From an uncultured Erysipelotrichaceae bacterium (GTDB lineage: Bacteria > Bacillota_I > Bacilli_A > RFN20 > CAG-826): 64,000 nt of DNA. This document shows, piece by piece, positions 50,502 to 60,200 of the stretch. The notes below the pieces were generated by a model. The model searched no databases and had not been told where the DNA came from. It saw only the letters and a list, made by a program, of their open reading frames with translations. Location: assembly GCA_902769185.1 (NCBI GenBank), contig CACXNV010000001.1, forward strand, positions 4,021 through 68,020, given 5' to 3'. Position 1 is the stretch's first letter, and each line of letters starts with the position of its first letter. A program made the position numbers and the translations under genes.

Positions 50502-53267
50502 ATGGAAGAAATAAAAAACACTCAATTTGAAACGAAAACCGATAAGGAGGCCGTTTCTTTTTTAGTTTCTGATGCTGAAAAAGGATTAAGTGAATCCGAG
50601 GCTAAAGCTAGACTAGAAAAATATGGACCTAATAAATTAGAAGAAAAGAAAAAGAAATCTTGGGTTCGTATCTTCTTTGAACAAATGGCTAACCCAATGA
50701 TTTATGTTCTTTTTGGGGCAGTCGCGATTACTTTAGGTATTTCGATTTATGAAACTATTAAGGCTGGACACTTTGATTTTCTTAATATTGGTGACTGGCC
50801 AGATATTATCATCATCTTAGCAGTTATTATTCTTAACTCGATTATTGGCACTGTTCAAGAAATTAAAGCTCAAACTTCTTTAGAGGCTTTAAAGCAATTA
50901 TCTTCTCCTGAATCCACAGTTATTAGAGACGGGAAAAGATTTAAAATCAAATCTTCTGAATTAGTTGTTGGAGATATTGTGGTTCTAGAAGAAGGAGACA
51001 CAATTGGAGCGGATTTAAGATTAATTGAAGCCATTAATTTAAAGTGTGATGAATCTTCTTTAACTGGAGAAAGTGTTCCAGTAGAAAAAGATGCGTCTAT
51101 TACCTTTAGTGATAGTGTCGCTATTGGAGATAGAGTTAATATGGCCTATATGTCTACCCCAGTTAGTTATGGTAGAGGCAAAGGTATTGTAGTAGGTACT
51201 GGCATGGATACCGAAATTGGTAAGATTGCTAAGGCTCTTGATAATGAAGAAAACGAAGATACCCCACTACAAAAAGTATTAAACAAATTATCTAAATTCT
51301 TAGGCATCTTAACCTTAGTTATTGTTGTTGCTGTTTTAGTAGTTTTAATTATTTGGATGTGCGTTAGAGGTAACGCTAGTAGTGTTGATCACTGGATAGA
51401 AGCAGTATTAGACTCAATCGCTTTAGCAGTTGCTGCAATCCCAGAAGGTTTAGCAGCAGTGGTTACTATTGTTTTGTCTATCGGTGTACAAAGAATGGTG
51501 AAAGTAAACACTATTGTGAAGAAATTACCTTCAGTAGAAACCTTAGGCGCTGTTTCTGTTGTGTGTAGCGATAAAACTGGTACATTAACTCAAAACAAGA
51601 TGACTGTATTAGAAGCCTATGTAGATAATACATTCTATAAAAGAGAAGACTTTAAAAAAGACCATGAAAATAAAGATCTACAGTTACTCGCTACAGGTAT
51701 GTCACTTTGTAGTAATGCTACTGTAGATGAAGGATTATATGGCGATCCAACCGAAATTGCTTTAGTAGTGTTTGCTAATGATTTTGATTTACATAAAAAA
51801 GATTTAGAGACTAGACACCCAAGAGTGGACGAACTTCCATTTGACTCAGTAAGAAAAATGATGTCCACTAAACATACTTGGGATAAGGAAAATATTATCT
51901 TTACTAAAGGTGCTTTAGATTCAATCTTAGCTAATACTTCTTATATCTTAGAAAACGGCAAAGAAAGAAAAATCACTCAAAAAGATATCGATAGAATTTA
52001 TGAAGTTAATACCGAGTTCTCTCTTAAAGCATTACGTGTTTTAGCGTTGTCATATTCTAAAGAGGATAAGATTAGTGAAAAAGAATTAGTCTTTGTTGGT
52101 TTAGTGGCAATGATTGACCCTGCTAGACCAGAAGCTAAACCTGCTGTTGCTAAATTTAAGAGTGCGGGCATTACCACAATTATGATTACTGGCGACCATA
52201 AAGATACCGCTTTTGCAATTGCTAAAGAGTTAGGAATTGCTGAAGATATATCTCAATGTGTCATGGGTAAAGAAATTGACAATTTGAGCGAAAAAGAACT
52301 GCAAAACCTCGTTAAAAAGGTCAGAGTCTTTGCTCGAGTGTCTCCTGAAAATAAGGTTTCCATTGTTAAAGCGTTTAAAGCTAACGGACATATTTGTGCA
52401 ATGACTGGAGACGGGGTTAATGACGCTCCAAGCTTAAAGGCTGCGGATATTGGTATTGCTATGGGAATTACTGGTACTGATGTTGCTAAAGGTGCCGCGG
52501 ATATGGTGCTTGCAGACGATAACTTTGCCTCTATTGAAAAAGCTGTTGAAGAAGGTAGAGGTATCTTCACTAATATTAAGAAAACTATCATCTTCTTGCT
52601 CTCTAGTAATATTGCTGAAGTATTAGTAATGTTCTTTATTATCTTAATTGGATTTGAGACTCCATTTATTGCAATTCATTTATTATGGATTAATTTAATT
52701 ACTGATAGTTTACCTGCTATTGCTTTAGGTATGGATCCTAAAGATAAAGGTATTATGAATGAAAAACCTCGTAATCCTAACGAAACTATATTTGCTCATG
52801 GTGGATTAAGAGATACATTAATGCATGGTGCGTTTATTACCATTGCAGTTATTATTGCTTATTTAAGTGCATTCTGGATTAATGGAATTACATCTTATGA
52901 AGCCATTGCTCATATTAGCGCTAAAGGAACTGAATTCTATAGACCTGATGTTTTAGCTCAAGCACAAACTATGGCCTTTACCGCTTTAGGATTTGCTGAA
53001 CTTGTCCATATGGTTTGTATGAGTAGTACCGAACACAGTGCCTTTAAAGTATTTAGAAATAAGAACTACATGATGTTATTAGCCTTTGTTCTTGGTGTTG
53101 GCTTACAATTCTTTGTAGTTTTAACTCCTGGTGTACAAGAAGTATTTAAAACTTCTTCTCTTGGCTGGCAAGAATGGTTAATTACCGCTGGAGCAGCTTT
53201 TGTTCCACTAGTTGCTCACGAAATTGAAGTGTTAATAAAACATCTTTATCGTCATAGAAAAAAATAA
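50502..53267 (+). CDS. P-type cation-transporting ATPase (type IIA, Ca2+/Mn2+ class)
   Basis: CSDKTGTLT phosphorylation site, TGES, MITGDH, TGDGVNDAPSLK; 921 aa with 10 TM helices. Confidence 0.9.
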   Translation: MEEIKNTQFETKTDKEAVSFLVSDAEKGLSESEAKARLEKYGPNKLEEKKKKSWVRIFFEQMANPMIYVLFGAVAITLGISIYETIKAGHFDFLNIGDWPDIIIILAVIILNSIIGTVQEIKAQTSLEALKQLSSPESTVIRDGKRFKIKSSELVVGDIVVLEEGDTIGADLRLIEAINLKCDESSLTGESVPVEKDASITFSDSVAIGDRVNMAYMSTPVSYGRGKGIVVGTGMDTEIGKIAKALDNEENEDTPLQKVLNKLSKFLGILTLVIVVAVLVVLIIWMCVRGNASSVDHWIEAVLDSIALAVAAIPEGLAAVVTIVLSIGVQRMVKVNTIVKKLPSVETLGAVSVVCSDKTGTLTQNKMTVLEAYVDNTFYKREDFKKDHENKDLQLLATGMSLCSNATVDEGLYGDPTEIALVVFANDFDLHKKDLETRHPRVDELPFDSVRKMMSTKHTWDKENIIFTKGALDSILANTSYILENGKERKITQKDIDRIYEVNTEFSLKALRVLALSYSKEDKISEKELVFVGLVAMIDPARPEAKPAVAKFKSAGITTIMITGDHKDTAFAIAKELGIAEDISQCVMGKEIDNLSEKELQNLVKKVRVFARVSPENKVSIVKAFKANGHICAMTGDGVNDAPSLKAADIGIAMGITGTDVAKGAADMVLADDNFASIEKAVEEGRGIFTNIKKTIIFLLSSNIAEVLVMFFIILIGFETPFIAIHLLWINLITDSLPAIALGMDPKDKGIMNEKPRNPNETIFAHGGLRDTLMHGAFITIAVIIAYLSAFWINGITSYEAIAHISAKGTEFYRPDVLAQAQTMAFTALGFAELVHMVCMSSTEHSAFKVFRNKNYMMLLAFVLGVGLQFFVVLTPGVQEVFKTSSLGWQEWLITAGAAFVPLVAHEIEVLIKHLYRHRKK

Positions 53268-53337
53268 TTTGATATAATACGAAGGATTTGAACATATTTA
53301 ATGTCTTGTTTAGATAGAAAGGGAATTTACGATTATT

Positions 53338-54465
53338 ATGGAAATTGATAAGAATAAACTTAATGTTATAACCTTTTATCTTCCTCAATACCACGAAATA
53401 CCAGAAAACAATGCCGCATTCGGGAAAGGGTTTACAGAATGGACCAATGTCAGAAAAGCTAAACCTTTATTTGAGGGTCATAGACAACCAAGAGTACCAA
53501 AAGATAACAATTATTATTGCCTTCTAGATAACGGCAAGACCATGGAAGAACAAGCAAAGTTAGCAAAGGCTAATGGTATAACTGGCTTCTGCTACTATCA
53601 TTATTATTTTGCCCATGGGAAAAAGCTTTTAGAAAAACCATTAGAAGAAATGCTTGCTAATAAAAAAATTGATATTCCATTTTGCTTATGTTGGGCAAAT
53701 GAAAATTGGACCAATAAATGGGACGGAGGAGATAACGGAGTTATTGCTTATCAAGAGTATGACAAGTTAGAAGATATTGAAGAGCATGTTAAATATATAT
53801 GCGAATTTATGAAAGATGATAGATATATGACTCTTGATGGTAAACCAATATTTGTTTTATATCGACCTGATCTTATTCCTCATCTAAAAAAATATATCGC
53901 GGAAATGAAAAGATGCTTTACAAAATATGGATTTGGTAATGTTCTCTTTTTCATTCAGCAGCCATTCTATTATTTTGAAAAGAAGAACTTAAAACTATTT
54001 GATTATTATATTGAATATGAGCCTAGCTACTCTATTATCGAAGAGTTACATGAAAGTAAATCTTTAAAAAGATTTATTAAGAAGATATTGATTAAATTGC
54101 ATTTTAAACGATTCTTAGATAAAAAGCAGGACAAGAATAGGAAATTGACTATTAGAGATTATGACAAAGATTGGAATAGGATTTTAAATAGAAAGATCAA
54201 TTCCAAACAACTTGTTTCTGGCGGATTTATTGATTTTGATAACACTCCAAGAGTAAAAACTGGCGTTATGTATAAAGGCGCTAATCCTGAAAAGTTTGAT
54301 TTGTATTTTGGCCAATTATGTGAGAAAACATTAAAAGAGTATTCGCTCCCAATTATCTTTTTAATGGCGTGGAATGAATGGGGTGAAGGATGTTATCTTG
54401 AGCCAGACGAAGATTATGATACAGCGTATTTAAGTAGCATTAAGAAATACGTTACAAAAAAATAA
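53338..54465 (+). CDS. WbsX-family glycosyltransferase-like protein
   Basis: N-terminus ITFYLPQYHEIPENNAAFGKGFTEWTNV is the hallmark of the WbsX family. Confidence 0.7.
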   Translation: MEIDKNKLNVITFYLPQYHEIPENNAAFGKGFTEWTNVRKAKPLFEGHRQPRVPKDNNYYCLLDNGKTMEEQAKLAKANGITGFCYYHYYFAHGKKLLEKPLEEMLANKKIDIPFCLCWANENWTNKWDGGDNGVIAYQEYDKLEDIEEHVKYICEFMKDDRYMTLDGKPIFVLYRPDLIPHLKKYIAEMKRCFTKYGFGNVLFFIQQPFYYFEKKNLKLFDYYIEYEPSYSIIEELHESKSLKRFIKKILIKLHFKRFLDKKQDKNRKLTIRDYDKDWNRILNRKINSKQLVSGGFIDFDNTPRVKTGVMYKGANPEKFDLYFGQLCEKTLKEYSLPIIFLMAWNEWGEGCYLEPDEDYDTAYLSSIKKYVTKK

Positions 54466-54490
54466 TATTTTGTCCTATTTATCTATAAAT

Positions 54491-54520
54491 AACCGGCTAT
54501 TCAAAAGTAGTCGGTTTTTT
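54491..54520 (+). terminator. Rho-independent terminator
   Basis: Stem aaccggcta / tagtcggtt (one G.U) followed by T6. Confidence 0.6.
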
Positions 54521-54565
54521 ACTTGATTTGAATAATCAAATAATATATCATTTATTTCGCTAGTT

Positions 54566-54641
54566 GGTCCCTTAGCTCAGCTGGTAGAGCAACTGACTCT
54601 TAATCAGTGGGTCAAAGGTTCGAATCCTTTAGGGATCACCA
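54566..54641 (+). tRNA. tRNA-Lys (anticodon CUU), CCA encoded
   Basis: Hand-folded cloverleaf: acceptor GGTCCCT/AGGGATC, D stem GCTC/GAGC, anticodon stem ACTGA/TCAGT with loop CTCTTAA, T arm AAAGG-TTCGAAT-CCTTT. Confidence 0.92.
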
Positions 54642-54702
54642 GTTAACAAAGTAGAGCCTCGAGAAATCGGGGCTTTATATCTCGAATAGGAGGAATATAT
54701 TC

Positions 54703-55125
54703 ATGCTTATTGATGAAATCAAATCTGCCAATATCGAAGCCATGAAAGCTAGAGATAATACCTCTAGAGCAGTCTTATCCATTGTCTTAACAAAATATAA
54801 ACTCCAAGAAGTGGAATTAAAAAGTCAAGGCAAGGAAATTGGTGATGCTGAATTATTATCAATTATTCAAAAAGTCATTAAAGAACTTGAAGATGAAAAA
54901 GCTGGTTATTTAAAAGTTAATAACCAAGAAAGAGCAGATAATGTCTCAAAACAAATGGAAGTTATTTCTTCTTATCTTCCAAAACAATTAAGCGAAGAAG
55001 AGATTAAAAAGATTATTGATTCCTTAGAAGACAAGAGTGTTCCTAGCGTGATGAAACATTTTAAGATGAATTACGCTGGTCAAGTTGATATGTCTCTTGT
55101 AAATAGAGTTCTTCGTAGTTTATAA
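54703..55125 (+). CDS. yqeY: GatB/YqeY domain protein
   Basis: I......AMKARD..R...L......K..E typical N-terminus, 140 aa, and an AGGAGG RBS. Confidence 0.8.
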   Translation: MLIDEIKSANIEAMKARDNTSRAVLSIVLTKYKLQEVELKSQGKEIGDAELLSIIQKVIKELEDEKAGYLKVNNQERADNVSKQMEVISSYLPKQLSEEEIKKIIDSLEDKSVPSVMKHFKMNYAGQVDMSLVNRVLRSL

Positions 55126-55156
55126 TCTTTAAGCGGTGAATATTCACCTGCTTACT

Positions 55157-55230
55157 AGGGGTATCGTACAAAGGCAGTACTCCGGTCTCCAAAACCGTTA
55201 ATGTGGGTTCGATTCCTACTACCCCTGCCA
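55157..55230 (+). tRNA. tRNA-Trp (anticodon CCA), CCA encoded
   Basis: Acceptor AGGGGTA/TACCCCT, D stem GTAC/GTAC, anticodon loop CTCCAAA, T arm GTGGG-TTCGATT-CCTAC. It closely resembles Bacillus tRNA-Trp. Confidence 0.88.
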
Positions 55231-55305
55231 AAATCGTTGAAAATGCTCCCTTATTTTGGACCAAAATTGGTACAATAGATTGGGAGCTTTTATTACATAT
55301 AAAGT

Positions 55306-56046
55306 ATGAAAGAAAAATTTACTAATCAAATATTTGTTAACAAAGAAGATTATCAAAATGAATTTAAGTTTGATATTTGTTGGGTTATTGAAGAGTTAAA
55401 TAAACTCCCTTTTGATTTTTACATTAGTGGTGGAGTTATTTATAAGTTCTTTTTTAAAGAACACGCTAGATTTGTTAAAGACATAGATATTGTCATAAAG
55501 TGTGATTTAAAAGAAGTTGAATCAGCATTTAGACAACGTTTCAATGTTGTTAAATTTCAATCTGCTCCAATATCATATTTATATTTTTTAGAAACTTTTA
55601 TGTGCTTAATTGATGTTAATGGAAAGATTGTTCAAATAGACGGCATTAGATTAGATTTTTTTGATGAAATAAAACATATTATCTATAAAATTAATGATTT
55701 ATCATTTAAAGGAGTTTCTATAGAATATCTTATTTCAACAAAGATCGATGCTGTTACAAATGAAACTGAAAATCCATTTAAGCATTTAGTTGATACCTAT
55801 ACTGCTTCTTTAGCAGATCCTTCTTTTATTGATAAAAAAGAAATCAAAAAATATTTAGTGATATTAAATACTCAAAATAATAAAGTTAGAAAAGAATTTA
55901 AAAAATCAGAAATTCCTATAAAATTTAATATTGAACACAATAAAATCTTTACTGGGCCAGAATTTCTTCCAACTCTTCAGGCGGGTTATAACGTCTCTAA
56001 AGAAACAATGATTGAAGAAGTTAATAAATGGTTATTAACGTTTTAG
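55306..56046 (+). CDS. Hypothetical protein with a Pol-beta-type nucleotidyltransferase motif, possibly AbiEii/AbiGii-like
   Basis: ISGGVIYKFFFKEHARFVKDIDIVI (GG ... DxD), a later acidic strand (IRLDFF) and KHLVDTY. This is a weak assignment made by eye. Confidence 0.35.
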   Translation: MKEKFTNQIFVNKEDYQNEFKFDICWVIEELNKLPFDFYISGGVIYKFFFKEHARFVKDIDIVIKCDLKEVESAFRQRFNVVKFQSAPISYLYFLETFMCLIDVNGKIVQIDGIRLDFFDEIKHIIYKINDLSFKGVSIEYLISTKIDAVTNETENPFKHLVDTYTASLADPSFIDKKEIKKYLVILNTQNNKVRKEFKKSEIPIKFNIEHNKIFTGPEFLPTLQAGYNVSKETMIEEVNKWLLTF

Positions 56047-56118
56047 AGATTTGTTTGTGTGGCACATTTGTGACACCTGCACTGATAAAGTATTAATGTA
56101 AAAAAGGAGTTTGTATCT

Positions 56119-56406
56119 ATGAAAAAAGAATTATTAAAAGGATTAACCGAAGAACAAATTGCTAAAGCTAAAGCATGCAAAAGCCAAGAAGAATTATTAA
56201 AACTCGCAAAGGCAGAAGGCGTTACTCTTAGCGAAGAACAATTGGCTGCGGTTAACGGTGGCTTCTGTAGCGACACAACAGTTTATGCAACATGCCCTAA
56301 GTGTGGTACAAAGGTTACTAAGCAAGCTTATAAACAATCATATAGTTATATATATGAGGAATTCACTTGCCCAGAATGTGGTCATAAATGGACCACTAAA
56401 TGTTAA
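56119..56406 (+). CDS. Small peptide: Nif11-like leader with a double-glycine motif fused to a Cys-rich zinc-ribbon-like core
   Basis: AKACKSQEELLKLAKAEGVTLSEEQLAAVNGG resembles Nif11-type leaders that end in GG. The core is FCSDTTVYATCPKCG...CPECGHKWTTKC. AAGGAG lies 8 nt before the ATG. Confidence 0.6.
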   Translation: MKKELLKGLTEEQIAKAKACKSQEELLKLAKAEGVTLSEEQLAAVNGGFCSDTTVYATCPKCGTKVTKQAYKQSYSYIYEEFTCPECGHKWTTKC

Positions 56407-56430
56407 GGCATATTAATTTGACATTTTAAA

Positions 56431-56459
56431 GAGAAGCCTTGTAATAGAGGCTCTTTTTT
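56431..56459. terminator. Bidirectional terminator between the convergent peptide and tetR genes
   Basis: Imperfect hairpin gaagcct / aggctc with T6 downstream and an A-rich stretch upstream. Confidence 0.45.
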
Positions 56460-56469
56460 ATCACTAGAA

Positions 56470-57057
56470 TTACATTGCTTTCATCATTGACATACTAATC
56501 TTAGCTAATAAACGACAAATCTTTTTACTGTCTTCTTTTACTTTTTTCTTACTCTTATTAGTTTTTAATTGTTGAGCGTAGTAAATACATGAATTATATA
56601 ATCCTTCAAAGAAGAAGACCGCTATATAATCGCTAGGAATATCATAACCTCCAGAATTTACTATTTCAGACATATATGCTTTGTAATTGTTAAATAAAGC
56701 AGTTTTAAATATCTCCAGAGGAAGAGTTTCACCTTTATAAGTGAGATTAGCAATTTGATTATAATGTTTTTCTACCCAGTTATAAGTAGCCACTAAAGTT
56801 TGATATTCAATTTCTTCTGTATCTTTTTCTTTTCTTAATATCTTAGCGTAATCTTCGTTATATTCTGTATTGATTAATTCAATAGAGGCTTCCGCTAATA
56901 AGGCTTCTTTATCTTTATAGTATTTATAAAAAGTCATTTTTGTTTTATTTGCTACAGCGCATATCTCGTTAATTGTGATATCGTGGTAGTTCTTATTCTC
57001 TAATAATCCAAATAAAGCGTTTGCGAATTCTTTTTTAGTTTTAACTATATTTCCCAT
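56470..57057 (-). CDS. TetR/AcrR family transcriptional regulator
   Basis: KTKKEFANALFGLLENKNYHDITINEICAVANKTKMTFYKYYKDKEAL is a TetR HTH. I prefer the start at MGNIVK (57057) to 57093. Confidence 0.8.
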   Translation of the reverse strand: MGNIVKTKKEFANALFGLLENKNYHDITINEICAVANKTKMTFYKYYKDKEALLAEASIELINTEYNEDYAKILRKEKDTEEIEYQTLVATYNWVEKHYNQIANLTYKGETLPLEIFKTALFNNYKAYMSEIVNSGGYDIPSDYIAVFFFEGLYNSCIYYAQQLKTNKSKKKVKEDSKKICRLLAKISMSMMKAM

Positions 57058-57173
57058 ATCTATACATCTTTCAACTTTTACATTATAAAACAAATAAGTT
57101 TACTTTAAATATGCGAAAGTATAGTTTTGATATCTTTTTATTGAATATATTATTTTGATTTATTACTTTATTA

Positions 57174-57187
57174 GTGAGTAAACTCAC
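57174..57187. promoter_or_regulatory. Candidate TetR operator
   Basis: Palindrome GTGAGTaaACTCAC in the divergent intergenic region. An inverted copy of its AGTAAACT half-site lies at 57097-57104. Confidence 0.4.
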
Positions 57188-57237
57188 AAATTTGTCTATG
57201 CTATGCGCGTGGAAAATTAAAACCAGGAGGTGTCCAT

Positions 57238-60200
57238 ATGAATAGACACATACAAAAATTATCAATTACTCTTATTTCGTTAACGATGGTCCTATCTGGA
57301 TGTGGCAAGGCCGATCCTGATAACCACTCATGGGTCATTGATGATCAGACTATTGAAAACGCTATACCGCTAAATTCGTTGATTGTCTCACACGAGCGCG
57401 ATTTAGTTGTGCGTCTTGAAGCAGAAGGAGTGACATTTAATTCTAACTTCACAAAAGATGCGATTCTTATTCGTGATATGGGATTAGAGTTACCTGAAAA
57501 AGAAGGGGATAACACTTTATCATATGAAGATATTAAAGCTGTTTCTCTTACTGATTATGCAGCGGATGTTGTTTCTTTTGGCACCGCTGTTGAGATTACT
57601 ATTCCTAAAAATCTAAAAGAATCCTCATTTGCAGCGATTATTGCCCCATATGCGAATAATAAAGGAGTTATTGCTTATTCTTCTTTCTCTGGCTCTGAAT
57701 CTGTAATTACATTAAGTGAAGGTAAATTTGAGCAAATTGGTTCAGATTATGTTGGTGGCTATGATGAGAATCATACATTTGTTTTTAAATATGAAAACCT
57801 CACATTAAGCGAAGATTTCGATGTAGAAGATATTTCTCTTCTTGGCGCTTTTGAAAATTGGATTGTTAAAGACATTCATACTGATACAGAAGGCGTTATC
57901 ATTTTAGAAACTAGTGGTTTAGCTTCTAGTGAAGAAAGTGGTGCAATTATTTTTGATGACAGTACTTTCGTAGAAGAAAGAGGAGGAGTCTTCTCTTATC
58001 GTGTTTTATATCCAAGTGCTGCTTTAGTAGAGAATTCTGTTCGATTTGATGAGGATGATAAAACGTTCTCTTTCGATGTTGCATTAATCGACTGTGAAAT
58101 TAAAAAAGATTTCTCACTTAAAGATGTGACATTAATCGATGGATTTACTATTAATGAAGCATATTATGTCGCGGAAACAAAAACTGCTACATTTGTTTTA
58201 GATGCAGAAGAGTATGATTCCTTAACTGAAGTTATCGCTGAACTTGAACAACTTACAATCTCAATTGGTGGTGAATTTGACCAAGAAGTAGCCTTTGATT
58301 TCCATGAACCAGAAGTGTTCGCGATTGCGTCTAATGAAAATAAAAAAGTTTGTATTGACATCTATTCATTTGATGGAGACCTTTCTTTAGAAAGATCTGC
58401 AATTACTATTGAATCCGAATTTGAAGTTGACGAAGAGGAAGAAGAGCTTCTTTCAATAGATGAGGCTACTCTTACTAAAGTTGGAAAAGGATATCAATTA
58501 ACTTGGGAAAAAGAGATTGATTACCCAGTTTATGGAACGCTCACTATTGATTCTGTTGATGTTTCTTATCCTAATGGAAATAAGTTTACAGTTGTAGGTT
58601 CTAGTATCGACTTTGGATGTGATTATTATCAAGTTGATTCCGAACAAAATAGATTATTAAAACCTGCAATATATAGATATGTCACTCCAACTAGTTTAGC
58701 GAATATGGATGATACATATGTTCAATATGCCTATGACTCTTCCCTTGAAGATAAATCAACAGCGATTAGCGCTGTTAATGCTACTGTTCAAACAGTGTTA
58801 ACCGTTCTTTCTGTTGCTTTTGAACTCGCTGCTTCAGAACTTAGCAAGTTTGCTTGTGGTGGTATTATTGGTATTCTTTTAGGAGCGCTAGGTCTTGCTG
58901 GTGCCGCTGCTGTTCTTGATCCAACTGCAGCTATGTTACAAGAAATTCTTAATGTTGTTTCGGGAATTAATGAAACTGTAAAAAGAATGGAAAAAACTTT
59001 GTCTGAAGTTTCCTATAAGACCGATATGGTACTTTTAAGAGAAAGACTTAATTCTGATGAAAATAAACTCATCGCGTTACGTGCGCGTCAATTAGAATTC
59101 CAATCTGAAGATGCAAAAGTTACACAATATGAAAAGAAAATGCTTACAGTTGCTAATCGTTATCTCACATCTATTTTTGATGGAAACAGCAATAAAAAAG
59201 CAAGTAAATATAATGCACCTTATGACTATAACGTTGTCGTTGTAGAAGGTAAAAATAAAAAGGGAGAACTTGAAAAAACATCAACAATTTTACTTGATGA
59301 TGATAGCTTTGATGAAACATTTGACGAAGGAACTATTGTCTCCTCATATGCTTTCTCTTTTGGAAGCAAAAACAATTTAAAAAACACTTTCAAAGAAAAT
59401 ACACTTTCAAAATATAAAAACAAAAAAACAGTTGATAAGGTAGTAGGAGCGGCTGCAATTAGCGACATTAAAGCCGCAATCGAAAATGGTCTTATTACTT
59501 TCAAAACCAACGATTGGAGTGGTAGCGAAATTCCTGATATCAGCACTGATGCAAAACTTGAAGCAGTTGCAAAAGATATCTATCGTGCTTTATATCTTTT
59601 TGCCGAACGTGAAGCATTACGTGACGTTGATGGCGAATCCTTTGTTCTTCAAGCTGTTGATTATATGCAACGTTTCTCTGGAACTGGAAGTTATACTAGA
59701 CCTGCTGCTGATATTGACTACGAGATGCTCAAACTTACATATGGTTTCCAATCCGAAGCAGAAGATAAGATCCATAATTACCGTATCACCGCTGCTGATC
59801 GTTTGCTTAAAATTTATAACCTAGCGACAACAATCTGCGCAATTGATCCAGATATTTCTTCTTATGGCGATTTAACAAAAGCCTATAAAGCTTCGATTGC
59901 TTACCTAAAACAAAATAAGATGGTGAAATCTAACGCTGATAAAAAAGCTGTTATGGATAGAAGTAAGATTACTCTTCCTCAAGACGTCAAACTTGATTAC
60001 TGCTACGTCAGCGAAAGTTGGGTACGTGGTGGCCAATTAATGACCGGTTTTAAAGCGACTAGCGATAAAACTAAAGAAGGAAAGTGGCAAAACTTTGATA
60101 TCGCTGATGTCTCTGGCGAAATTAGTGGATCACTCCAATCAAATATGAATAATGTCACACCAATGAGTTCGGTCAAGCCATATTTATTCGGCTTAGAAGA

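Noticed and set aside
55128-55150. A strong hairpin (palindrome ggtgaatattcacc, flanked by aagc/gctt) between yqeY and tRNA-Trp. I considered it as a regulatory element.
   Set aside because: It is most simply the yqeY terminator or a tRNA-processing stem. It has no T-tract and nothing else distinctive, so I did not list it as a feature.
55061-55264. 67-aa minus-strand ORF.
   Set aside because: It spans the tRNA-Trp gene, so the open frame is incidental.
56047-56118. GTG-N-CAC type partial inverted repeats (gtggcacatttgtgacac) upstream of the Nif11-like peptide gene, considered as an operator.
   Set aside because: The arms are only 3-4 bp and imperfect, which is too weak to call without comparative data.
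59422-59428. A7 homopolymer inside the 1179-aa lipoprotein gene, considered as a slipped-strand phase-variation tract.
   Set aside because: Seven A residues is short and unremarkable in this AT-rich genome, so I see no evidence for a switch.
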